DNA of 64,000 bases from an uncultured Algoriphagus sp. (GTDB lineage Bacteria; Bacteroidota; Bacteroidia; Cytophagales; Cyclobacteriaceae), in NCBI GenBank assembly GCA_965651895.1, contig CBFGUY010000002.1:2411-66410 (forward strand), in the 5' to 3' direction. The number at the start of each line of letters is the position of its first letter. The stretch's first letter is position 1. The notes under the pieces are model-generated. The model was given only the letters and a program-made list of their open reading frames with translations, did not search any database and was not told the DNA's origin. The position numbers and the translations under genes were made by a program. Positions 57,226 through 64,000 of the stretch are shown piece after piece.

Positions 57226-58434
57226 ATGAAATCGAAGAATATTCTAATAACTGTTAGCCTTGTAGTATTAGGTACATACTTCATTATCGTAGGCGTAATA
57301 GAAGCTGCGGGTTTCCTGAAGCCACTAGCTATAGCAGTCCTATTGACCTTAATCTGTATCCCAATAAGCAGGAAATTGGAAAGCTGGAAGTTATCTAGGG
57401 GGCTTTCTGCCTTTTTATGCACGATATTAAGTTTTTTAGTATTTGTTTCTTTTTTTGTGATTCTAACTGCCCAGATATCAAATATATCGGAGCGATGGCC
57501 CGAGATAAAAGAAAAAATCCAACCCAAGCTGGAAGATGCACAACAACTTATTGAAGATAAAACCGGACTGAATTTAGAGCAGCAGTTTGAGATGTTTTAT
57601 CCTGCCATGGGCAACAGCTCAGATACTGGCGAAGAGGATGAGATATCAGAAGCTTTAAAAGATCAAACGAGCACATCTGAAAATTCTTCATCCCAACTTT
57701 CTACAGATCAACTAATGAGTAATGCATCTCAGGAAATAGGATCCATCTTGAAGGACTTCTTTGGTTTTCTCGGCAACAGTGCGCTTACATTGATCTACCT
57801 TTTCTTTTTGCTGCTATATAGAAATAAGGTCAAGCGCTCAATTTTAAAGTTCTTTGAATCAGAGAACAGGAAGGAAGCTGAGGAAGTCATGAACCATTCC
57901 ATCCACATGGCCTTGAATTTTGTAGTGGGTAGATTTACACTGATTGCTTTTTTAGCTATCATTTACAGCATCGGTCTATCTCTGTCCGGGATAGAAAACG
58001 CCATTCTGATTAGCTTGATAGCTGCGACACTATCTCTGCTTCCTTATGTTGGGAACATAATAGGCTATGGACTTGCATTAGTGATGACGGTATTTGCAGG
58101 AGCGGAAATTTGGGGATTGATAGGAGTTACCTTGACATTTAGTGTTGCCCAGTTTGTGGAAAGTTATATCTTAGAGCCATATGTAGTAGGTAGCAAAGTG
58201 GAACTCAATCCTTTGGTTACTATTGTGGTAGTTGTGTTAGGAGGATCAATTTGGGGTGTGGTAGGTATGATATTGAGCATTCCTATCGCCGGTATTTCCA
58301 AGATAATATTCGATGTCTCTCCTGTATTGGAGCCCTTGGGTTATTCGCTAGGAGAAGAAGATATCAAAGGGGCAGATGAACAAAACTTCCTTAGCAGATG
58401 GGGAGAAAAGCTTTGGAAGAAAATCAGTAAGTAG
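57226..58434 (+). CDS. AI-2E family transporter
   Basis: Multi-TM protein; LPYVG, QFVESYILEPYVVG, LNPL, WGVVGMILSIP. Confidence 0.9.
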   Translation: MKSKNILITVSLVVLGTYFIIVGVIEAAGFLKPLAIAVLLTLICIPISRKLESWKLSRGLSAFLCTILSFLVFVSFFVILTAQISNISERWPEIKEKIQPKLEDAQQLIEDKTGLNLEQQFEMFYPAMGNSSDTGEEDEISEALKDQTSTSENSSSQLSTDQLMSNASQEIGSILKDFFGFLGNSALTLIYLFFLLLYRNKVKRSILKFFESENRKEAEEVMNHSIHMALNFVVGRFTLIAFLAIIYSIGLSLSGIENAILISLIAATLSLLPYVGNIIGYGLALVMTVFAGAEIWGLIGVTLTFSVAQFVESYILEPYVVGSKVELNPLVTIVVVVLGGSIWGVVGMILSIPIAGISKIIFDVSPVLEPLGYSLGEEDIKGADEQNFLSRWGEKLWKKISK

Positions 58435-58626
58435 GCTGATTTTTTAAATTATAACCGGGATGAAATTTCCACAAGTCGGGGAAAAACAAGCGGGATTTCA
58501 CGGAGCATTTTTTTCAGTAGGATAGAAAAGATTCTCTAAGAGCCCATTAAGGGTGGTTTATTATTCTTGGGGTGGATTTTGAATACTTCTACGAATATCA
58601 ACCTATTCAATTAAATCAACCACCTT

Positions 58627-59028
58627 ATGAAAAAGCACATAACAGTACTGGCAATCACAATATTTTCTTTGATTATCTCTTGCAATGAAAAAAAAGAATA
58701 TGGGGATATCACGGATGATGGAGTAATGGAAGTAGAAGAGGCTACCTCTGAGGAGGGAAAAAGAAAATCAGGAGCTGATTCCAGTATGAGATTGACAGAT
58801 GGTTCCAAAATTCCGGTTATTATCAGTCGTACTGATTCTATAGAGTTGCCACAGGAGTTGGTCACTGTTTTAGAAAACACCAAAGATATTCACCCTGATA
58901 GTATTTTAGTCAAAAGGAAATTTGAAGAAAACAACATCACCTATTATGAGCTTGAATTCAGAATGAAAGGAGGCCCGAATCAGACATTTACCTATGATTC
59001 AGAAGGCAAGCGGAAGTCAATGGACTAG
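58627..59028 (+). CDS. Hypothetical lipoprotein (possible PepSY-like C-terminus)
   Basis: Lipobox ISC, acidic linker, YYELEF....TYDSEG. Confidence 0.65.
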   Translation: MKKHITVLAITIFSLIISCNEKKEYGDITDDGVMEVEEATSEEGKRKSGADSSMRLTDGSKIPVIISRTDSIELPQELVTVLENTKDIHPDSILVKRKFEENNITYYELEFRMKGGPNQTFTYDSEGKRKSMD

Positions 59029-59243
59029 CATGTCCATGAGGTGGTAATTAGGTCCTTGTCTATCATTCTAACGCCTTTCTTCAGAGCTAGCAGATTGCCT
59101 GCTACCCCTACCATTTTACCCTTCAGGCTCAGATTTTCTTTTCGGAGTTTTCTGAATACGCGCTGTATAGCAAGGACACCACTAGGTTCATTCCCATGAA
59201 CTCCACCGCTAGCTAGGAGGTATGGGCCTGGTGTTTGATTTGT
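59025..59243 (-). pseudogene. N-terminal fragment of a succinylglutamate desuccinylase/aspartoacylase (M14-like) gene
   Basis: TPGPYLLASGGVHGNEPSGVLAIQRV...GVAGNLLALKKGVRMIDKDL, then divergence and a stop where DLNR is expected; no start codon in frame. Confidence 0.75.
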
Positions 59244-59404
59244 CTAGCTATGATTTACATAGCCAAACTTTATACCATCAGAAATAAAATAATTCAGATC
59301 TTCAAACAGCTATTTCCTGTGGTTTGGGGAGGTGGAATCTAAGGTATTCAGGATTTGGGAAAAGTAATAAAACAGGGTTATTCGATAATTGAGAGCGTTT
59401 TTCC

Positions 59405-61429
59405 TCAGTGTGAGGCAGGATCGCTAGGCTTTAAAACGATCACGGTCCTATTAGGCAAATATAGGTTGAGACATAGGTTTTCATCTGTTGGGTAGAGGAG
59501 TTGGGAATCAAGGCGCTTAAACCCACCGAATATCATTTCATCCGAATTGAGTATAATTCTATAATCGCCAGGGTGATTGACATGAACAGGTAATCCGAAG
59601 AATGATTCTGTAGGATGAAATGAAAAGACGAAAATCAATCCCCCGCGCTCGTAGGCCAATATCTTTTTATCAGCATCCAGGTGGAGCTGTACTGCTGCCG
59701 GGGATGCCAGAAGTTTATAATCAGTAGCTAGTTTGATGATGGCTTTGTCCCAGGCGTCTAGCTGCCCGTATCGTAACAAAGGATCATCCACCAGTGACCA
59801 TTGTCTCCGTGCGTACTGATAGCTCCAGTCATTTCCTTCCCGTGGGAAATCAACCCAATCGGGATGGCCAAATTCATTTCCTATAAAATTCAAATATCCT
59901 TCTCCGCCTAAAGTGAGTGTGATAGCACGGATAAGCTTATGAAGTGCGATTCCCCTGTCCACCACAAGGTTTTGCTGTAAGAGTGACATGGAGAAATACA
60001 TTTCCTTATCCATCAGTCTGAATGCTAATGTCTGGTCGCCCACCAGTGCCTGATCATGACTTTCGGCATAGGCAATAGAACGTTCTGCTGCGGGTCTATT
60101 GGTAAGTTGGTGCCATAGCTCAAACATATCCCATTCTTCATCCTGCTTATGCTTGAGGGTTTTGATCCAAAAGTCCGGAACTCCCATTGCCATCCTGAAA
60201 TCAAACCCTAACCCCCCATCTGCTATGGGTCTGGCTAGCCCGGGCATACCGCTCATGTCTTCGGCGATGGAGATGCTCTTTGGCCTGAATGTATGAATCA
60301 GGTGATTTGCTAACTGCAGATATACAATAGCGTCCTCATCTACATTCTGATCAAAATATAAATCCACAGAATCAAAATCCATGAACAGACCATGGTGGCG
60401 GTACATGATTGAAGTCACACCGTCGAAGCGAAAACCATCAAAATGGAACTCCTCCAGCCAATACCGGATATTGGAAAGCAGAAACTGCTGCACTTCCCGC
60501 TTGGCATAATCGAAAACTTTAGAATCCCATGCTTCATGATAGCCCCTCTCTCCAGGATGGAAATACTGGTGATCACTCCCGTCAAATTCATTTAGCCCCT
60601 CATTCACATTTTTGATGGCGTGGGAGTGGACTATATCCATCACTACTCCGATATCCATCTCATGTGCCTTATTGACGAGCGATTTCAATTCTTCAGGAGT
60701 GCCAAATCTTGAGGTAGGTGCGAAGAAATTGGAAACATGGTACCCAAAGGAGCCATAATAGGGGTGCTCCATGACAGCCATGAGCTGAATGGTGTTATAT
60801 CCGGCAGCTTTGATTCTGGGAAGCGTCAATTCTTCAAATTCCTTATAAGTACCTACTCCTTCTTTTTCCTGTGCCATCCCTACATGGCATTCATAGATCA
60901 GGGGCTGTTTGAGACTGTTTTCTAAGTTGAAAGATTGATCGGTCCACTGGAAATCCTCCGCAAACCAAAGCTGACCTGCCACATCATACGTCCGCTCATC
61001 TTGAATTACTCGTCTGATGTAAGCAGGGATTCTGTCCAATGCGCCATTCTCGGCAATTACATGGACTTTTACTTTGTCCCCGTGTACAAACCTGTCTTTG
61101 TATTGTTCAAAAGGCAAAAATATCTCCCAGTCTCCGCGGGAGGTTTTTTTCATGGGATGGGAACTTCTGTTCCAGTCATTGAAATCTCCAAAAAAGTATA
61201 ATTGATCGGCTGCTGGAGCCCATTCCCTATAGACCCATCCTTTTCTCCAGGCTTCAAAATGTATCCCATAATAGGCATGTGATGAGGCATACTCCAGGAT
61301 GTTGCCGCTGAAGTCATTGATTTCCCGGAGTACTTCTTGGAACCGGTCAAATCTATGTTGGATTTGTGCCTCGTACGGAGCAAGCCAATGTTCTTCCCGG
61401 ATTAACCTGATTTTTTGTGAATCTTCCAC
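59405..61429 (-). CDS. glgB: 1,4-alpha-glucan branching enzyme (GH13_8 type)
   Basis: YREWAP, YECHVGM, MEHPYYGSFGYHV, DGFRFDGVTS, AEDMSG, YAESHDQA. Confidence 0.93.
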   Translation of the reverse strand: MEDSQKIRLIREEHWLAPYEAQIQHRFDRFQEVLREINDFSGNILEYASSHAYYGIHFEAWRKGWVYREWAPAADQLYFFGDFNDWNRSSHPMKKTSRGDWEIFLPFEQYKDRFVHGDKVKVHVIAENGALDRIPAYIRRVIQDERTYDVAGQLWFAEDFQWTDQSFNLENSLKQPLIYECHVGMAQEKEGVGTYKEFEELTLPRIKAAGYNTIQLMAVMEHPYYGSFGYHVSNFFAPTSRFGTPEELKSLVNKAHEMDIGVVMDIVHSHAIKNVNEGLNEFDGSDHQYFHPGERGYHEAWDSKVFDYAKREVQQFLLSNIRYWLEEFHFDGFRFDGVTSIMYRHHGLFMDFDSVDLYFDQNVDEDAIVYLQLANHLIHTFRPKSISIAEDMSGMPGLARPIADGGLGFDFRMAMGVPDFWIKTLKHKQDEEWDMFELWHQLTNRPAAERSIAYAESHDQALVGDQTLAFRLMDKEMYFSMSLLQQNLVVDRGIALHKLIRAITLTLGGEGYLNFIGNEFGHPDWVDFPREGNDWSYQYARRQWSLVDDPLLRYGQLDAWDKAIIKLATDYKLLASPAAVQLHLDADKKILAYERGGLIFVFSFHPTESFFGLPVHVNHPGDYRIILNSDEMIFGGFKRLDSQLLYPTDENLCLNLYLPNRTVIVLKPSDPASH

Positions 61430-61591
61430 CTATATAGTTTTAGCTGGTTTGAATTTAGAAAAATGGCGGGGATTATTGCCGTTACTTTTAGATTTCCATC
61501 GAGATATCTCTCGTATAAAATTGGAAAAAGTCGAAAAACGTAGTTTTAGACTCCTTCAGTCACATATTGTTCTATAATGTTTCTGATGATT

Positions 61592-61945
61592 TTAAAAGAG
61601 ATCCGTTTTCCTTGGACTGGGGCCGTATTTGTTTTCACCATCCTGCCCTTTTTTTGCGGCCAGCCAGATAAATCCTATGAAATTGATTGGAGGTGGGATT
61701 AGTAAATAGAGTGCGTATTTCCAATCCAGACCTATGTCATGCAGCCTCTTGATAGCCTGGACCAGTAAGATACAAATGGATGCTATGAGTGCCACGCCCG
61801 CACAATAAAAAATCACCCATGACTCCGTTTGGAAACTATCCCAGATCAATAAGAGACACAGAATATTGATGAAATAAAATATCAGAAACATGACCAGATA
61901 CATTCTTCTGGTAATTCTTCCTTCCGGTTTGAATATAGCGTACAT
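61592..61945 (-). CDS. DUF805 family membrane protein
   Basis: GRITRRMY, IKRLHDIG, GENKYGPSP. Confidence 0.9.
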   Translation of the reverse strand: MYAIFKPEGRITRRMYLVMFLIFYFINILCLLLIWDSFQTESWVIFYCAGVALIASICILLVQAIKRLHDIGLDWKYALYLLIPPPINFIGFIWLAAKKGQDGENKYGPSPRKTDLF

Positions 61946-62048
61946 ACTATGCTAACGGTCTGGATATAAAGTTGTTTATGAGATCAGGTTAAAATTTTAT
62001 TCTGTTAAAGCTTTTGCTGTGTCGTCTTAAGGTCTGGCACTTCTAGGT

Positions 62049-62056
62049 TACCTTTG
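62049..62056 (+). promoter_or_regulatory. Bacteroidota sigma-A -7 element (TACCTTTG)
   Basis: TAnnTTTG match about 170 nt upstream of the asmA-like ATG. Confidence 0.5.
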
Positions 62057-62065
62057 TCGTTGATA

Positions 62066-62176
62066 AGCACAGTTTGTTAATTATGAATAACCAGCAGTCA
62101 GGCCGGGAACCTCAATTTCTTTGCGTATCAGGACGGTAGGCTTAAGTGACTTGAACAAAGCGGTTAGTCATGTGCT
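62066..62176 (+). ncRNA. Candidate structured leader or small RNA (unassigned)
   Basis: End pairing AGCACA/TGTGCT; internal TTTGTT/AACAAA, AGTCA/TGACT and TAACC(A)GC/GCGGTTA complementarities; begins just after a predicted promoter. Confidence 0.25.
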
Positions 62177-62224
62177 CATTTATGCAACATCAATTTTGAA
62201 ATTAAAGCGTTTACACAAATACAA

Positions 62225-64000
62225 ATGAAGAAGAAAAGAGTCCTGTACATTTCCTTGTTTTTAGCAGTTCCCGTTCTGATATTTTCAACTTTGGTTTGGG
62301 TCGCTTATAGCAAGCAAAAAGTACTGACCCAGGATGTCTTGATTGCTATCAATCAGGAATTTGTAGGGGAGATTACGATAGAAGACTCTTATATTTCTCC
62401 TTTTGCGAATTTTCCATATATCTCCATAGATTTAAAAGGAGTAAAGTTTTTTGAGTCCAAAGCCAAAGAAAACAAACCTATCTATGAAGCAGAGGATTTT
62501 TACATAGGTTTCAACGTATTGGATATAATTAGAGGGGATTATCAAGTTAAAAAACTAAAAGTCTCAGGAGGTCATCTGGATATCATCAAATTCGAAAATG
62601 GCGATATCAATTTGCTATTGGCCAAAGGGATGAAGTCTGATGAAAAAGAAGTGGATGAAGAGGCGGCTGAATTTGCTTTTGATTTGTCAGGTATTGAGAT
62701 AGAGGAATTTGATGTCACATACTCAGATGTTTCAAACAACCAAGACTTGGTGTTCCACATTGATCAATTGTTGTCGGATTTTAGTTTGAAAGGTGGGCAT
62801 GTTTTTATTGATATTGTTACTGATTTGATTTTTGATTTGGATCAAGATGGTGAAAACACATTTTTTGCAGATAAAAAAGTACACCTGGATCTTGAACTCG
62901 ATTATTTTGAAGAGTTACAGAAGTTGTTGATTTCGCCTTCCAGAGTGAAATTGGAAGAGGCGGTTCTAAGTTTGGCAGGTCAGGTTAAGATCTTGGAGCA
63001 AGGATTGGATTTAGATCTGAATCTAACCGGTGAAAAGCCCGATTTCAATATTTTTGCGGCATTCTTGCCAAATGAGGCGGCTCAAACACTCAAGAGGTAC
63101 AAGAATGAAGGAGAAGTGTATTTCTCAGGGTCTGTGAGAGGAATAGCAGGAAACGGTCAAAGTCCGGCAATTTCGGTGGAATTTGGAGCTGATAATGCTT
63201 ATTTTCTTAACTCAGGAATTCAAAAGAAAGTAGATGAGTTGAGATTTATAGGTTTCTATACCAATGGTAAAGAAAGGAATCTCCGTACCTCAGAAATACA
63301 GCTTCAAAACTTCTATGCCAGACCTGATGAAGGGATTTTTCAAGGAAGATTGACCATTCGGAACTTTGAAGATCCCAATGTGAAAATCAATGTGAATGCG
63401 GATTTGGACTTGGGTTTTTTGAGTGATTTTTTCGAAATAGAAGGACTTCAGGGAATAGAAGGTCAAGTTTTGTTGACTATGGATTTTGATGAATTGGTAG
63501 ATATGGGCCTTACGACTACCTCTATATCCGGTGTAGAAGGAAGCCTTCAGAGTGAATTGACATTAAAAAACCTAAGCATTCAGATTCCAGATTATGATCT
63601 TCCTGTACGAAATGCCAATGGGTATGCATACATGAGGAAAGGAAAAGTGGTCTTGGATTCGTTGAGTTTTCAGGTAGGGGAATCGGACTTCGCTTTTTCC
63701 GGTGAACTGAGTGATTTTCCTGTTTTGTTGCACGGCAATAATCTGCCGATAGCTGCGAAAATAAATGCGAGATCCAATCATTTGAATTTAAAGGAATTGA
63801 TCCCTTCTGATTCCGGTGATACAGGTATGGACGAAGAAATATCGGATTTTCAGATCAAATTGGCTTTTGAGACTACCGGGAAAGAACTATATGAATATGA
63901 CTATTTGCCGAAAGGTGAATTTTTCATAGAAGATTTTTATGCCAAGTTTAAAAACTATCCCCATCTACTTCATGATTTTCATGCGGATGTTTACATCGAT
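62225..64000 (+). CDS. AsmA-like protein, 3' end beyond the window
   Basis: Open frame from ATG 62225 to the window end; N-terminal TM anchor; ISPFANFPYISIDLKGV and beta-taco-like repeats. Confidence 0.8.
   Translation, partial: MKKKRVLYISLFLAVPVLIFSTLVWVAYSKQKVLTQDVLIAINQEFVGEITIEDSYISPFANFPYISIDLKGVKFFESKAKENKPIYEAEDFYIGFNVLDIIRGDYQVKKLKVSGGHLDIIKFENGDINLLLAKGMKSDEKEVDEEAAEFAFDLSGIEIEEFDVTYSDVSNNQDLVFHIDQLLSDFSLKGGHVFIDIVTDLIFDLDQDGENTFFADKKVHLDLELDYFEELQKLLISPSRVKLEEAVLSLAGQVKILEQGLDLDLNLTGEKPDFNIFAAFLPNEAAQTLKRYKNEGEVYFSGSVRGIAGNGQSPAISVEFGADNAYFLNSGIQKKVDELRFIGFYTNGKERNLRTSEIQLQNFYARPDEGIFQGRLTIRNFEDPNVKINVNADLDLGFLSDFFEIEGLQGIEGQVLLTMDFDELVDMGLTTTSISGVEGSLQSELTLKNLSIQIPDYDLPVRNANGYAYMRKGKVVLDSLSFQVGESDFAFSGELSDFPVLLHGNNLPIAAKINARSNHLNLKELIPSDSGDTGMDEEISDFQIKLAFETTGKELYEYDYLPKGEFFIEDFYAKFKNYPHLLHDFHADVYID

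Noticed and set aside
41857-59404. Integrative element or prophage interpretation of the stress patch
   Set aside because: No integrase, transposase, tRNA target or terminal direct repeat was found.
59405-61429. Eukaryote-like branching enzyme as evidence of eukaryote-to-bacterium transfer
   Set aside because: GH13_8-type enzymes are already known in Bacteroidota, so this is not novel without a phylogeny.
315-63781. The many 60-165-aa ORFs in the track that lie within or antisense to long genes
   Set aside because: They overlap well-supported genes in other frames and lack recognisable motifs; treated as shadow ORFs.
1-64000. CRISPR array, tRNA or rRNA genes
   Set aside because: No regularly spaced 23-47-bp repeats with unique spacers and no tRNA/rRNA signatures were seen. 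The 40-bp-period hip operators are 18-bp palindromes in AT-rich promoter DNA, not CRISPR repeats.

Overview
64-kb chromosomal window from a Bacteroidota bacterium, most likely Cyclobacteriaceae (Algoriphagus-like). This is inferred from the SusC/SusD pair, TAnnTTTG promoters, gene content and protein style. Most of it is housekeeping: dnaX tail, mltD-like LysM transglycosylase, peptidases, rlmD, a FAD/Fe-S oxidoreductase, the hutHIUG histidine-utilisation genes with a divergent LysR, menI-menF-menD, nif3/zinc-ribbon, lpxK-porin-miaE, glgB and an asmA-like gene. There are two accessory patches. (1) About 9.5-15.5 kb: a DUF4011/SF1 helicase, a hipBA-type TA module with four regularly spaced palindromic operators, and an internally deleted ATPase gene behind an ACGT-rich palindrome. 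(2) About 42-59 kb: a general-stress-like patch with an orphan SusC/SusD pair, Ku/LigD and AstE-like relics, and a tightly spaced four-gene operon (SbnA-like PLP synthase, CreE/FzmM-like flavin N-oxygenase, Y4yA-type PLP decarboxylase, DUF3891). That operon lacks the usual partners (SbnB, CreD, NIS/NRPS) and is the best candidate for an uncharacterised small-molecule pathway. I found no rRNA, tRNA, CRISPR array, integrase or intact transposase. All family assignments come from motif recognition by eye; no database search was run.
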